Shown in pieces: positions 18,413 to 29,204 of a DNA stretch of 64,000 nucleotides. The position numbers were made by a program, and so were the translations under genes. Numbering within the stretch: position 1 is the stretch's first letter; each line of letters begins with the position of its first letter. A model generated the notes under the pieces. The model had not been told where the DNA came from and did no database searches. It was given only the letters and a program-made list of their open reading frames with translations. Source of the stretch: Alphaproteobacteria bacterium (lineage in GTDB: Bacteria; Pseudomonadota; Alphaproteobacteria; Rs-D84); assembly GCA_031555055.1 (NCBI GenBank), contig JAVBUT010000002.1:142418-206417 (forward strand). Reading direction: 5' to 3'.

Positions 18413-19720
18413 TTATTTCCCCAGACACAGTTGGCCGAATGTGGCGTCCATGACTTCGGTCGCGTTGATCGCGCCCAGAATCATGCCGATGCCGTCGGCG
18501 GCGGCCCGCACGTGTTCTGCAAAAATGTCGTGATTGTCGGCCGCGATTGCAGACTTTAATTCATTCGCCGCGTCAATTAATAATACGCGTGTACGTTCGT
18601 TAATTGCGATGTCGCTTTCAGTGCCGTCCAATTTTTCGTGGATTTTTTGTTTGATCAGTTCCATCAGTTCATCAATGCCGGCGCCGGTAAGGGCAGATAC
18701 GTAAAGGTTCGAGGTTTGAGGTTTGAGGCCAGAGGTGTCCAATAAGTCGCATTTATTGATAATGACGATTTCATTGTTTTTATTACTGGTTCCTGATTCC
18801 TGATTGCTAAATACTTTAATAATCAAGTCGGCGTTAAGGATTTCGGCGTGTGTTTTCTCTATCCCGATTTTTTCAACCGGATCAATCGAATCGCGAATTC
18901 CAGCCGTATCGGATAAATTGATCAGGTATCCGTCGATGTCTAATTGGTGGCTTACCACGTCACGGGTGGTGCCCGGAATATCGGTTACAATTGCGCGAGA
19001 TTCGCCGACCAGACAATTGAACAGCGATGATTTGCCGACGTTTGTTTCACCGGTCAGAACAATATTAAATCCGCTGCGCACGGCGCGTGACGAGAAATAG
19101 CGGGAAAGCGCCGTATTTATTTCATTGTATAATTTTTGGGTTGACGCGATCAGTTTATCGCCGATGTTTGCCGGCAATTCGTCACTTGGGTAATCCAGGA
19201 TCGCCGCCGCATAGGCAGATATTTCGATCATCGCGCTGCGCCAGGCTTGGTACTTTTCAGAATCGGCGCCCATCATGGATTTTAGTGCGTGCGTGCGCTG
19301 GCGATCTGTGCGTGCATCCAGCAATGCGGCCAGTGCGTCGATTTCCACCAGATCCATTTTATTATTATAAAATGCGCGTTTTGAAAATTCGCCGGGTGTT
19401 GCCATGCGCATTCCGTGCCGGCGCAGTGTTTCAAAAATCTTTTGTATGACCGCCGGTGATCCGTGCGAATGTATTTCGATTACGTCTTGTCCGGTAAAGC
19501 TGCTTGGGCCTTGGAAATAAATCGCGACGCATTGGTCGATAGTCGCGCCGGCATCATCAATCAGATTGGTCAGGTATGCGTGTCGTGGCTGGATAAATCC
19601 GGCCAGACGGACCAGGTTTGAAAACACAGATTCCAGTTCGTCGCCCGATATGCGAATCACCGCAACGCCGGATTTCCCCGCGCCCGATGATAATGCAAAA
19701 ATCGTGTCAGTGTTTGTCAT
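18413..19720 (-). CDS. mnmE: tRNA modification GTPase MnmE
   Basis: DTIFALSSG, GVAVIRISG, SFTGQDVIE..HG, GETNVGKSSL, PGTTRD, DTAGIR, NKCD, C-terminal CLGK. Confidence 0.96.
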   Translation of the reverse strand: MTNTDTIFALSSGAGKSGVAVIRISGDELESVFSNLVRLAGFIQPRHAYLTNLIDDAGATIDQCVAIYFQGPSSFTGQDVIEIHSHGSPAVIQKIFETLRRHGMRMATPGEFSKRAFYNNKMDLVEIDALAALLDARTDRQRTHALKSMMGADSEKYQAWRSAMIEISAYAAAILDYPSDELPANIGDKLIASTQKLYNEINTALSRYFSSRAVRSGFNIVLTGETNVGKSSLFNCLVGESRAIVTDIPGTTRDVVSHQLDIDGYLINLSDTAGIRDSIDPVEKIGIEKTHAEILNADLIIKVFSNQESGTSNKNNEIVIINKCDLLDTSGLKPQTSNLYVSALTGAGIDELMELIKQKIHEKLDGTESDIAINERTRVLLIDAANELKSAIAADNHDIFAEHVRAAADGIGMILGAINATEVMDATFGQLCLGK

Positions 19721-19722
19721 TT

Positions 19723-20052
19723 TTAAGAATATAGTCTTATTAGTTCATTCATAAACATTATATCACGATACTGCGCATTTACCCTGGCCAGTTCTTTATC
19801 AGCCTCATTCCATTTGTTGTCTTGTTTCGTATAAAATCCAAGTAATGCATTTGTTAATGATATTTTTGTCTGAATATTCAATAAAATATTTTGTTCTTGT
19901 TTGTCCAAAAGCTTTTCATATTCATTTAACTTTATTTTAATCTTTGTAATCAATTCGGGGATTAAAACAGTTTCCATCTGCATATGTTCAAAATCAGCAT
20001 AACCCATAAACCATGCGCGAATATCTTTAAATATCATTTTATTTATTTTCAT
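19723..20052 (-). CDS. AT-rich hypothetical coiled-coil protein
   Basis: Overlaps ruvA stop and ends 2 bp before mnmE; fills the gap exactly. Confidence 0.65.
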   Translation of the reverse strand: MKINKMIFKDIRAWFMGYADFEHMQMETVLIPELITKIKIKLNEYEKLLDKQEQNILLNIQTKISLTNALLGFYTKQDNKWNEADKELARVNAQYRDIMFMNELIRLYS

Positions 20053-20609
20053 TTACTTATCGCCTTTAATGCCAGTGGCACCAGTTTTGTTACGTCTGTG
20101 TCAGGGTTTTCATTAACCAGTTTCTGGGCCATTTCGACAATGTCAATGCGTCTGTAACCCAATGATTCCAGCGCAGAGAGCAGGTCGGGCAATGGTGAAC
20201 TGGTTCCTGATTCCTGAAAACTTATTCCTGTTTTACCCTTTAATTCCACGATGATTTTTTCAGCGACTTTTTTACCAACGCCCGGCGCCGATGAAATCGT
20301 CTTGGCGTCGCCGGTTGCGATCGCACTCATCAATACATCTGGCTTTATGGTGGACAGAATCGCCATCGCAACCTTTGGCCCGACGCCGGACACAGTCGTC
20401 AACTGGTTGAACAGGTCCTGTTGCGCCAGTGATGTAAATCCGAACAGACGGATTGAATCTTCGCGCACGACGGTTTCAATCCACAGTGCGACAGTTGATT
20501 TTTGTGACAGATATTCTGGGCAAAAAACCTTGTACCCCACACTAGACACCATAACAATCACATATCCGTCGCCAATATGGTCAATAATTCCGTTCAGTTT
20601 TCCGATCAT
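20049..20609 (-). CDS. ruvA: Holliday junction branch migration protein RuvA
   Basis: MIGKLNG, VGYKV, VREDSIRLFGF, VSGVGPKVA, PGVGKKVAEKIIVELK, ALESLGY. Confidence 0.96.
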   Translation of the reverse strand: MIGKLNGIIDHIGDGYVIVMVSSVGYKVFCPEYLSQKSTVALWIETVVREDSIRLFGFTSLAQQDLFNQLTTVSGVGPKVAMAILSTIKPDVLMSAIATGDAKTISSAPGVGKKVAEKIIVELKGKTGISFQESGTSSPLPDLLSALESLGYRRIDIVEMAQKLVNENPDTDVTKLVPLALKAISK

Positions 20610-20735
20610 TTTTTGTCCACTTTTGCTTGTGGTCGTTATCCGACCGTCCTTTGTATTCAGTATAAAGCAAATAATTGCATAATCAAATTATTTGATTATA
20701 ATGGATCAATCTTAATATAAACGGAGTTTTTTACA

Positions 20736-21452
20736 ATGTCAGGACATTCAAAATGGAGCACGATCAAGCATAAAAAGGCGGCATTGGACGCCCAGCGTTC
20801 CGGCGAATTTACAAAGCTGGCGCGTGAAATCACTATGGCGGCGAAACTGGGCGATAAAAGTCCGGAAAACAATCCGCGCCTACGTCTGGCGATTCTGAAC
20901 GCGCGCAAGGCATCCATGCCGAACGATAATATCAAACGCGCAATAGACAAGGGCGCGGACAAAAATACCGAAAATTACGAATACGTCCGATACGAAGGAT
21001 ACGGGCCGGGATCGGTGCCGATTATTGTAGAGGCCTTGACCGACAATCCGCGTCGCACCGTGCCGGAAATCCGCAGCATATTCGCCAAAAATGGCGGAAA
21101 CATGGGCGAAGAAAATTCCGTATCGTTCCTGTTTACGCGCATGGGCCAGATTTTCTATGCGCCGATTGCCGGAAAGTCTGACGACGATATAACAATGGCT
21201 GTTATGGAGGCCGGTGGCGACGATGTCGAGACGTCAGAAGACGGTTTTATCGTAACAACCAAGCCGGATGATTTCATAGCCGTGCAAAAAGTATTATCGG
21301 ACAAGCTGGGTGAACCGGAAAAAGCAGAAATAACATGGATTCCAAATAATCCGGTCGATCTTGATGACGATACATATGCGCGCTTGGAAAAGCTGACTGA
21401 TCTGTTGTCCGAAAATGACGACGTGCAAAAGGTTATCACGGCAGCAGCATAG
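20736..21452 (+). CDS. yebC: YebC/PmpR family protein
   Basis: MSGHSKWSTIKHKK, NPRLRLA, YEGYGPG, LTDNPRRT, DDVQKV. Confidence 0.96.
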   Translation: MSGHSKWSTIKHKKAALDAQRSGEFTKLAREITMAAKLGDKSPENNPRLRLAILNARKASMPNDNIKRAIDKGADKNTENYEYVRYEGYGPGSVPIIVEALTDNPRRTVPEIRSIFAKNGGNMGEENSVSFLFTRMGQIFYAPIAGKSDDDITMAVMEAGGDDVETSEDGFIVTTKPDDFIAVQKVLSDKLGEPEKAEITWIPNNPVDLDDDTYARLEKLTDLLSENDDVQKVITAAA

Positions 21453-21473
21453 TAAAAAAAACAGGAGACAGGT

Positions 21474-21824
21474 ATGAAAATTATAGAAAAAGTTTCGTAT
21501 TTTATCGGACGCGGAAAACGCGCGCGCCAAGAAATGTACGAAGATCAGTATTATCAGGATATTAAAAACATCTTGGAAGCAAATCCGGACAATATAGACA
21601 AGAAAGATTTTGGTGGTTGTTATATTGTTTATTCATCAGTTATCAAGCAGGAAGGCAAACGTTTATATATATCGCCGTTCTATTCGTTAAGTCCCGGTCA
21701 TATTTTATTGAACGGAATGGATGTGTCATATAATGTATCGCAGGCATTTCCAAACAGAACATTCAAAATGGCGCAGGGCGCATATCAAAATAAATTCCAA
21801 CAAAATAAAGTGGCCGGAAAATAA
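21474..21824 (+). CDS. AT-rich hypothetical protein
   Basis: SD AGGAG; stop overlaps ruvC start (TAATG). Confidence 0.7.
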   Translation: MKIIEKVSYFIGRGKRARQEMYEDQYYQDIKNILEANPDNIDKKDFGGCYIVYSSVIKQEGKRLYISPFYSLSPGHILLNGMDVSYNVSQAFPNRTFKMAQGAYQNKFQQNKVAGK

Positions 21825-22312
21825 TGACGCGCATTCTTGGGATTGATCCCGGGCTTGTACACACTGGCTGGGCGATAATTGAATCGCAGGGATCATCACG
21901 TAAATATATCGCGTCGGGCGTAATCCTGCCGCCTGTCAAAGACGGGCTGGCTGTGCGACTGGCGTTTATTTTTAAAGAAATCACAAAAATTTGTGAAATG
22001 TTCGCGCCGGACGAATGCGCGATCGAAATTACTTTTTCAAACACGAATGCAAAGACAACATTGCTGTTGGGGCATGCGCGCGCAGCGGCAATGGTTGCAG
22101 TCGGGAATCGCGATATTCCAATATTTGAGTATGAACCGAACAAAATAAAAAAAGCAATCAGCGCCGCCGGTCACGCGGACAAAGATGCGGTTGCGAAAAT
22201 GGTAAAAATATTCCTGCCTGTGGCGAATCCAAAGACCGCGGACGAATCTGATGCGATTGCGATCGCGCTGGCACACAGCAATATTAATAAAATACTAGCG
22301 TATAGCAAATAG
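21824..22312 (+). CDS. ruvC: Holliday junction resolvase RuvC
   Basis: ILGIDPG...TGW, AIE, LGHAR, EYEP..IKK, GHADK, DESDAIAIA. Confidence 0.96.
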   Translation: MTRILGIDPGLVHTGWAIIESQGSSRKYIASGVILPPVKDGLAVRLAFIFKEITKICEMFAPDECAIEITFSNTNAKTTLLLGHARAAAMVAVGNRDIPIFEYEPNKIKKAISAAGHADKDAVAKMVKIFLPVANPKTADESDAIAIALAHSNINKILAYSK

Positions 22313-22352
22313 CGCTTAGCAATTAGCTTAGCCAATATTGGCTATACGCTAA
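22296..22352. repeat. TAGCG-type heptamer array with inverted arm; encodes the RuvC C-terminus and stop
   Basis: tagcgta tagcaaa tagcgct tagcaat tagc...gctatacgctaa. Confidence 0.75.
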
Positions 22353-22468
22353 TGTTTCTTTTGATTTACTTCCTATTAATATAATAGTACAATCATGATA
22401 TCCTGATAATTAGGATAAGAGGGGTCAAAATTCCCCATATAATATCTTTTAACATTAAGGAGTCCAAA

Positions 22469-22768
22469 ATGGTAAAAATGCCAAAAGATCAGATGGAATA
22501 CATCGATCACAAAATGTATCACAAACAGGCGACGTTGTTCCGCGCGTTCCTGATCAATTACGTATTGATATTGATTTACTGGCTGGCGATGATGATGCCG
22601 GGCTTTATAGAATGGGCAGCCGGTCTGACCCAAATGCCGCCGGCATTGCTGTACATCAATATGATCACATGGCTGGCGATCTGGAAGATTGCTGGCGCGG
22701 TATTGTTCCTGATACCGGCGTTGGCGATGTGGTGGGAACGCTGTTCAATGAAAAAGTATATGAAATAA
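22469..22768 (+). CDS. Small two-TM membrane protein (DUF6868-like)
   Basis: SD AAGGAG; FLINYVLILIYW...AIWKIAGAVLFLIPALA pattern. Confidence 0.75.
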   Translation: MVKMPKDQMEYIDHKMYHKQATLFRAFLINYVLILIYWLAMMMPGFIEWAAGLTQMPPALLYINMITWLAIWKIAGAVLFLIPALAMWWERCSMKKYMK

Positions 22769-22793
22769 AAAAACCGGCATTCGCCGGTTTTTT
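22767..22793. terminator. Bidirectional intrinsic terminator
   Basis: aaaaaaccggc attc gccggtttttt. Confidence 0.85.
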
Positions 22794-23562
22794 ATCGTGT
22801 TTTTTGCGGATGCATCGCCTGGGGCACATATTCGCCCAGACTGTGATTTTTATCCATAAATCCGGTGCCGTTCGGATTCAGACGATATGTTTTGGACATA
22901 TCTTTTTGTCCGGCTGATGTCGTGATAACTGTAAGTGCGCGCGGCTGTCCCATGTCGCCGCTGAACATGAATTGTTCTTTTGGTGCCTGGAATTTTTTTG
23001 CAAAAACGATGTTTCCGGTTTTGGTATTGGTCAGTACGACATAATTGTCTTTCCCAGGAACGGCGGCATTGATGTATGTGTAAACATCATCGTATGCGAC
23101 GTCGATCACGGCGCCTTTTAATTCTGCGGGATCAAATGCCGCGCCCATGGTTTTTATGTACGCGTCATATCTGCCGTCGGTTGTAAATGTTTGCGTCCCA
23201 TTCGGGTGTTTTTTTAACAAATCCGATTGGACCAGGAAATATTTTTTGCCTTTGCGGTCCTGGCGCCATGCCTGTTGGGATTTTTGATCTTCGAACTTGT
23301 CATACCAGAAAGAATCACCGTTTTTATAAAGATTCGTGACACGTACAAACAATTGCTTGTTTGCCGAAGACACATTCTTGATATTTACGACGTTTGATTC
23401 GTAAATCGTGTCCAGTTTGGCGGTTGTGGCCTTGGGCTTTGATTTTTGTTCGAAACCTTGTGCATTTGTCCGAACCGGCAAAAGCGAAGCCAGACCGACC
23501 AGAGTCGTAATCGCGGCCAGATTTCCGGCGCGGAACAGGTTTGTAAGATTTGTTTTTCTCAT
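22792..23562 (-). CDS. Hypothetical exported protein
   Basis: SD AAGAGG; MRKTNL...AAITTLVGLASLLPVRTNAQ signal-like N-terminus. Confidence 0.7.
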   Translation of the reverse strand: MRKTNLTNLFRAGNLAAITTLVGLASLLPVRTNAQGFEQKSKPKATTAKLDTIYESNVVNIKNVSSANKQLFVRVTNLYKNGDSFWYDKFEDQKSQQAWRQDRKGKKYFLVQSDLLKKHPNGTQTFTTDGRYDAYIKTMGAAFDPAELKGAVIDVAYDDVYTYINAAVPGKDNYVVLTNTKTGNIVFAKKFQAPKEQFMFSGDMGQPRALTVITTSAGQKDMSKTYRLNPNGTGFMDKNHSLGEYVPQAMHPQKTR

Positions 23563-23642
23563 GACTGCCTCTTTTGGTTTTAAAAGTTGCGTCCTACATA
23601 TATTAACTATACAACGGATTTTTGGCTGGGCCAGAAAAATCG

Positions 23643-23969
23643 TCATTTTCGAATGGTGATTTTTTCGACCGCGTCAAATCCGAAATATTTGTTTATTCGT
23701 TGTGAAATCTCTTCGCGCTGATAAGACAGTTGTAATGCGAATGCCGGATTCGCGGCGCGAACGGCAATGTTGAACCGTTTGTTTTTTGTTTTTGTGATCG
23801 CGGCCAGCTTTGCGATTGATGCGATATCACTGCCCATGATTTCATCCCACCGCGCGGCCAGATCGGCATCGGATGCGACGCGGCCGAATATTTTCATCAG
23901 TCCGCCAAACGCAGAGCCCATTGTATGCGGACGGGATATTCGACGATCAAGATTAGGTTTCTTAAACAT
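23643..23969 (-). CDS. dciA: DUF721 / DciA family protein
   Basis: LAARWDEIMGSDIA, ALQLSYQREEISQRINKYFGFDAVEKITI. Confidence 0.85.
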   Translation of the reverse strand: MFKKPNLDRRISRPHTMGSAFGGLMKIFGRVASDADLAARWDEIMGSDIASIAKLAAITKTKNKRFNIAVRAANPAFALQLSYQREEISQRINKYFGFDAVEKITIRK

Positions 23970-24055
23970 TAGCGCATAGCATATAGCGCATAGCATATAG
24001 TTTATAGTGATATTGCTAATCCGCTAATCGCTATGCGCTATATGCTATGCGCTAA
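23969..24055. repeat. TAGCGCA heptamer array forming a perfect 26-bp inverted repeat
   Basis: TTAGCGCATAGCATATAGCGCATAGC (23969-23994) and its exact reverse complement (24030-24055). Confidence 0.92.
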
Positions 24056-24058
24056 TTG

Positions 24059-25180
24059 TTAATTTGGTTTCACATACGTATATTCTTTCGGCATGAATAT
24101 GTACATCTCGCCTTGGGCGTGCTGGCCTTGGGCGTATTTATACGCTTCATCGCCGGTGCCAAAGAATATGTCCGCACGCACCCATCCGCGTATGGCGGAC
24201 CCGGTGTCTTGGGCAATCATCAGTCTGCGGAACTTGCGCCCGTCGGACAGGTTTGTGTCGACGTATACAGGCAATCCCAAGGTATACAGGGAATCGTCCA
24301 TCGCGATACTGCGTATTTTTGACAACGGTGTCCCCAGTTTTCCGACAACATCCGGCGGCACGGAAACATAGAAATAAACATATCGCGGATTTCCGTAAAT
24401 AACTTCATTGGCCAGCGCCGGGTTTTTCTTTAGGTGCGACCAGACTGCCTCGCTTGAATATCCGTCGGCGGGGCGGATGCCTTTGGTTTTTAGCTGTTCG
24501 CCGATCGATTTAAAGGGCAGGTCGTTGACCGCCGCAAAGTTCAGTTTTACCAATGACCCGTCTTCTTTCAGTTTCAGCATACCCGACCCCTGAATCTGGA
24601 TATTCTGGACATCGACGATATTCGCCCAGTACAGGACTTTGCCAATCTGCTGGTTTACGATCGTTCTTTTTTCCACGCCCTTGTAATTGCGGCCGTCGGT
24701 CGGAATGCCCATCAGCGGTTCGTTGCATTCGGCGGTTTTTGTCTTGCACGCCGGTATGATCGGGGAATAATAGCCAGTGTATGTCCCCTTGGTCCCCAGG
24801 TCTTCGTTATATATCTTGTACGGCTGGAAATTTGATTCGAACCAAGCGCGGACGGTCGCATTGTCGGCGCTTGCCGACGGCAGCATGCGGCATTTTTCAT
24901 CGAACAGCGCCTTGTCCGGGATTACGCGGCCGACGTACTGTATCTTGGCCTTGCATGAATTTCGGAATGACTGGAGTGCGTATCGAACATCGTCATCGCG
25001 CCACCCCGGCAGTTCGGAATACGATGTCCGCCGCATGTTTCCGGGAATTGTCGCATTGTTTCCGGTCTGCGAATATCCGCCACCGGATGTTGTCGGCGAC
25101 CCCAGGTCGCAACCAGTAATTGACAAGGCGATTAAAATGAAAAATGAAAAATTAAGAATGAAAAGTAGTTTTTGTCGCAT
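24059..25180 (-). CDS. mltA: Membrane-bound lytic murein transglycosylase A
   Basis: Lipobox ITGC; TGYYSP, QIQGSG, NPRYVYF, RSIAMD, AQDTGSAIRG..RADIFFG.G. Confidence 0.93.
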   Translation of the reverse strand: MRQKLLFILNFSFFILIALSITGCDLGSPTTSGGGYSQTGNNATIPGNMRRTSYSELPGWRDDDVRYALQSFRNSCKAKIQYVGRVIPDKALFDEKCRMLPSASADNATVRAWFESNFQPYKIYNEDLGTKGTYTGYYSPIIPACKTKTAECNEPLMGIPTDGRNYKGVEKRTIVNQQIGKVLYWANIVDVQNIQIQGSGMLKLKEDGSLVKLNFAAVNDLPFKSIGEQLKTKGIRPADGYSSEAVWSHLKKNPALANEVIYGNPRYVYFYVSVPPDVVGKLGTPLSKIRSIAMDDSLYTLGLPVYVDTNLSDGRKFRRLMIAQDTGSAIRGWVRADIFFGTGDEAYKYAQGQHAQGEMYIFMPKEYTYVKPN

Positions 25181-25222
25181 TTATCTCTCTCTTTTATTAA
25201 TATTCTGAAAAATGCAGGTTGA

Positions 25223-25247
25223 ATTTTTCATTCTTCATTTTTCATTT
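25223..25247. repeat. (TTTTCAT)-type array upstream of mltA, complementary to the array in the mltA signal sequence (25131-25164)
   Basis: atttttcattcttcatttttcattt versus aaatgaaaaatgaaaaattaagaatgaaaa. Confidence 0.8.
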
Positions 25248-25334
25248 GATTTATTTTTCAAGCGTTTCCCTTGAAAAATAAATCCTATACCCTATAATAT
25301 CATAAAATGGCGCGCAAAAAAAGGAGCAAGACAT

Positions 25335-25760
25335 ATGCCAAAGTTCAATATCATATCCCAATTCTTAAAAGACATTTCATTCGAAAGTCCGAATGTTCCG
25401 GAATTGTTCTTTAAACAGGACAACGGCCAGGCGAAACTGGAAATCAATATCGACATCCAGATCAAAGGCGCCGAAAACAACCTGTTCATGGTTGACCTGA
25501 TCACCAAGGTTCATTCCAAACTGGAAGCGGATTCAAAATCCATATTCTTGATCGAATCCACATATTCCGGACTGGTCCAGATGGAAGAAGAAAAGGACGA
25601 GGAAGCAAAAAAACGCACATTGCTGATCAATGTTCCGACATTGCTGTTCCCGGCGGTTCGCGCCCTGATCACACGTCTGACATCCGAATCGGGATTCCCG
25701 ACATTCACGATGCAGCCAGTTGATTTTGAAGAGCTGTATAATCAAAAGAATGCAAAATAA
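25335..25760 (+). CDS. secB: Protein-export chaperone SecB
   Basis: QFLKDISFESPNVP, FLIESTYSG, PTLLFP..R, SGFP...QPVDFEELY. Confidence 0.95.
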   Translation: MPKFNIISQFLKDISFESPNVPELFFKQDNGQAKLEINIDIQIKGAENNLFMVDLITKVHSKLEADSKSIFLIESTYSGLVQMEEEKDEEAKKRTLLINVPTLLFPAVRALITRLTSESGFPTFTMQPVDFEELYNQKNAK

Positions 25761-25786
25761 AAAAGCGCCCCGTTGGGGCGTTTTTT
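25759..25786 (+). terminator. Intrinsic terminator
   Basis: cgcccc gtt ggggcg tttttt. Confidence 0.8.
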
Positions 25787-25801
25787 AGTCACCAGTCATT
25801 A

Positions 25802-25852
25802 GTAGTGGCGCGTGGAAACGCGCCCAAGTAGGGCGCAAGTATGCGCCCCTAC
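25802..25852. repeat. Inverted pair of GTAG-type REP-like palindromes
   Basis: gtagtggcgcgtggaaacgcgccc aagt agggcgcaagtatgcgcccctac. Confidence 0.75.
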
Positions 25853-25927
25853 ACCTCCACCTTCACTTCACCTACACTTTCACTATTTTTTATGATAAAA
25901 TGTTCCCGTATCAGGGGAATGGGGAAC

Positions 25928-27136
25928 ATGTCAAAAGAAAATTACATCTCTATCAAAGAATCTGTCAGCGGGTTTTCATTCGCGAATCTTGGAATTTTCA
26001 AAGGGTTTTCCGACGGTATAATCGGTGCTGTGTGGGCGCTGGTGCTGTTGGATATATTTAATAATCCTGCAACGGTCGGTATATATTCATCCATATATTA
26101 TGCGTTTTATATGATCATCACCTTGTTTTCCGGTGAAATGTTAAAAATATCCAGCAAAGCAAAACTGTTGTATTTCAGTCTGCTGGCCGTGGCTGTGATG
26201 TATTTCATGATGGGATTTTCGATCAAGGCCGGCACGTTCATTGCGCTGGACTTTGTGTCGGCGATACCGCTTATGCTGATCAGTTCCTTGTTGTCGCTGT
26301 TTATGGCAGATTTTTCAAAAAATATAGGAATGGAAAAATTGAACGGCCGTTATGTGCTGTGGGCGAACGTCGGCGCGCTGATGGCACCGGTGATCGCCAT
26401 GTATATCGCCAGCATGTTCGGAATCCGCGCACCGTTCTTTGCGGTGGCCGCGGTCAATCTGCTGGGGCTGATTTATTTTAGATGGTTTGGAATTATCCAG
26501 CCTGATAAAAAAATACCGAAAATAAGCGCAAAAAAAACAATCCGGCAAACATGGCGAACAACGGTTGCATATTTCAAACGGCGCGATCTGGTAAATGCGT
26601 ATCTTATAAATTTTGGCCAGTACGCGATATATTCTCTGCGCGTCCTGTATGTGCCGATCATGGTGGTGCAGGCCGGATTTTCCAAGGATGTTCTGGGCTG
26701 GGTCTTGACCGCCGGGATATTGCCGTATGTGATTCTGTCCGAACCGATCGCGCGCCTGGCCAGACGGACCGGGATAAAAATATGGGTCGCGCTGGGATTC
26801 CTAAGCTTTGCGGCGTTTTCGATCGCCGCGTCAATGGCGACCGGCGTGACGCTGTTGGCGATATTCATACTGTGGCAGATTTCAGGCGCAATGATAGAGC
26901 CGCTGACGGACATATATTTTTTCAAGGCGGCCAAAGGCCCGGATCGGGAACGATTTTTCGGCGTATTTAAAACTGTAAACCGTTTGCCGCGCTTTATCGT
27001 GCCGATCATCGGCGCCGGCTTTATATGGTTCTTTGGAACGACGTCGTCGGTATGGCTGCTGACGGCCATAATAGGCGTGATAACTGGATTATTTGTATTG
27101 CTTTCCGGACGCAAAAGGACTAAGTTAAAGTCATAA
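25928..27136 (+). CDS. MFS transporter
   Basis: About 12 hydrophobic segments in two halves; [10 protein letters not shown] loop motif. Confidence 0.8.
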   Translation: MSKENYISIKESVSGFSFANLGIFKGFSDGIIGAVWALVLLDIFNNPATVGIYSSIYYAFYMIITLFSGEMLKISSKAKLLYFSLLAVAVMYFMMGFSIKAGTFIALDFVSAIPLMLISSLLSLFMADFSKNIGMEKLNGRYVLWANVGALMAPVIAMYIASMFGIRAPFFAVAAVNLLGLIYFRWFGIIQPDKKIPKISAKKTIRQTWRTTVAYFKRRDLVNAYLINFGQYAIYSLRVLYVPIMVVQAGFSKDVLGWVLTAGILPYVILSEPIARLARRTGIKIWVALGFLSFAAFSIAASMATGVTLLAIFILWQISGAMIEPLTDIYFFKAAKGPDRERFFGVFKTVNRLPRFIVPIIGAGFIWFFGTTSSVWLLTAIIGVITGLFVLLSGRKRTKLKS

Positions 27137-27153
27137 GAAAAGGAGACTTTGGT

Positions 27154-28233
27154 ATGGCAAAAAAAGTGGAAGTAAAACCGGCCGCGACGCCGGCAAAAAA
27201 TCCCGCGCTGGAATCAGCATTGGCGCAAATTCAAAAGCAGTTCGGCAAAGACGCAATCATGAAAATGGGCGACGGGTCCCAGCAGAATATAGAAGCGATT
27301 TCTTCTGGATCGCTGGGGCTGGATATTGCGCTGGGGATCGGCGGTTATCCGCGCGGTCGCATTGTTGAAATCTATGGCCCGGAATCGTCCGGCAAAACAA
27401 CATTGGCGCTGCATGCGGTCGCCGAAGCGCAAAAGAAAGGCGGAACATGCGCGTATATCGACGCGGAAAATGCACTGGACCCGTCATACGCAAAAAAACT
27501 GGGTGTGGATGTTGCGAATCTGATCATATCCCAGCCGTCGTCCGGTGAAGAAGCGTTGGAAATTGCAAACACTTTGATTTCATCCGGTGCGGTTGATGTC
27601 GTTGTAGTCGATTCTGTCGCGGCATTGATCCCCAAAGCGGAACTGGAAGGAAACATCGGTGATTCATTCGTCGGTACGACCGCGCGACTGATGTCACAGA
27701 GCTTGAAAAAACTGTCCGGATCAATTTCGCGCAGCAATACGCTGATGATATTCATCAACCAGATTCGTATGAAAATCGGCGTTATGTTCGGAAGTCCGGA
27801 AACGACATCCGGCGGAAACGCTTTGAAATTCTATGCCTCTGTACGCCTGGATATCCGCCGTATCGGCCAGATCAAGGACAAGGAGACCGTCGTCGGAAAC
27901 GAAACGCGCGTCAAAGTTGTTAAAAATAAAGTCGCGCCACCTTTCCGCGTCGTTGATTTTAAAATCATGTACGGTGAAGGGATTTCGCGCATATCGGAAA
28001 TCTTGGACATGGGCGTCAAGTATGACATAATCGAAAAGTCCGGATCGTTCTATTCTTATAATTCAGAACGCATAGGCCAGGGCGAAGCGAACGCGCGCGC
28101 ATGGCTGAAAGATCATCCGGATGTCCAGACCGAATTGCTGAATAAAATCATGGCAAAATCATCTGGCATCGCTGAAGAAATGACCACAGGTCCCGCCGCA
28201 GATGACGATACGGACGAAGCTTCGGAAGAATAA
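27154..28233 (+). CDS. recA: Recombinase RecA
   Basis: [53 protein letters not shown]. Confidence 0.99.
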   Translation: MAKKVEVKPAATPAKNPALESALAQIQKQFGKDAIMKMGDGSQQNIEAISSGSLGLDIALGIGGYPRGRIVEIYGPESSGKTTLALHAVAEAQKKGGTCAYIDAENALDPSYAKKLGVDVANLIISQPSSGEEALEIANTLISSGAVDVVVVDSVAALIPKAELEGNIGDSFVGTTARLMSQSLKKLSGSISRSNTLMIFINQIRMKIGVMFGSPETTSGGNALKFYASVRLDIRRIGQIKDKETVVGNETRVKVVKNKVAPPFRVVDFKIMYGEGISRISEILDMGVKYDIIEKSGSFYSYNSERIGQGEANARAWLKDHPDVQTELLNKIMAKSSGIAEEMTTGPAADDDTDEASEE

Positions 28234-28294
28234 TATTAATGTAATATATGGGGGCGGATTATATCCGCCCCTGTGATTAAAAAAGAATTTTACC

Positions 28295-29185
28295 ATGGAT
28301 GCTTTAAGAATTTGGGCGATGATGCGAATCGGTTTTCGGGGACATATCCTGAACTGGTTCTGGCGTGACAGAAACGTTCGTCGCACAGTTCGTCGTGATG
28401 TCGTATCCCAGGAAGTGCCCAGATATTTCAAACGCTATTTACCGGCCGCAGCGGCCATTGTTGAAACGCCGGCAATTCATAATGATAAAAATGAAAAAAT
28501 ATTTATGTTCTGGGGCTTTAAGCCGATACCGCCGCTGGTGGAAACATGCATGCGCCACGCTCGTCAACATTTATCGCAAGATGTTGTATTGTTAAATGAA
28601 AAAACGCTGTATGACTATATCGATTTGCCAGACATAATCATGGATAAGCAGAAAAACGGCCAGATTGAGATTGCGCATTTCTTGGATATATGCCGCGTCG
28701 AATTGCTGCATAATCATGGTGGATTTTGGTTAGATTCAACGGGATTTGTAACAGCAAAAATTCCGAAATTTATTACAGAACAAGATTTTTTTGTGTTTAT
28801 GGCAGGTAAAAAATACGGCAGTCCGTACAGCTTTATGCAAAACTGTTTTATACGATCGCGCAAGGGTGCTTATTTATTAGAAGCATGGCGTGCAATGATT
28901 CACGCGTTCTGGATGCATGAACCGCGCGAATTCGATTACTTTATGCACCAGCTGATGTTCAAAGCTGTTGTTCAAAACGACCAGCGGGCAAAAGAATATT
29001 TTGCCAGAATGCCGCATGTGGATCAGGATCCGACGCATATATTATGGGCTGATTACCGAAACGAAAAATTCGATCAGAAAGTGTTTGATAAAATAACAAC
29101 AGGTGCATTCTTTCATAAGACAACCTATCGCGACACAATAAACCCGATACCGGGATCGTTCGCAGATGTAATTCGAAATATGTAA
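28295..29185 (+). CDS. Capsular polysaccharide synthesis protein (Caps_synth/GT32-like)
   Basis: KIFMFW...PPLVETC, AHFLDICRVELL..HGGFWLDST, DYFMHQ. Confidence 0.85.
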   Translation: MDALRIWAMMRIGFRGHILNWFWRDRNVRRTVRRDVVSQEVPRYFKRYLPAAAAIVETPAIHNDKNEKIFMFWGFKPIPPLVETCMRHARQHLSQDVVLLNEKTLYDYIDLPDIIMDKQKNGQIEIAHFLDICRVELLHNHGGFWLDSTGFVTAKIPKFITEQDFFVFMAGKKYGSPYSFMQNCFIRSRKGAYLLEAWRAMIHAFWMHEPREFDYFMHQLMFKAVVQNDQRAKEYFARMPHVDQDPTHILWADYRNEKFDQKVFDKITTGAFFHKTTYRDTINPIPGSFADVIRNM

Positions 29186-29204
29186 TAAACACGAGAGGCC
29201 AGAT

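Noticed and set aside
23969-24055. Repeat arrays as CRISPR
   Set aside because: Units are 6-7 bp in tandem with no unique spacers, and no cas genes are present
27110-27153. LexA/SOS box upstream of recA (also checked ruvA)
   Set aside because: No GTTC-N7-GTTC or CTGT-N8-ACAG found by eye
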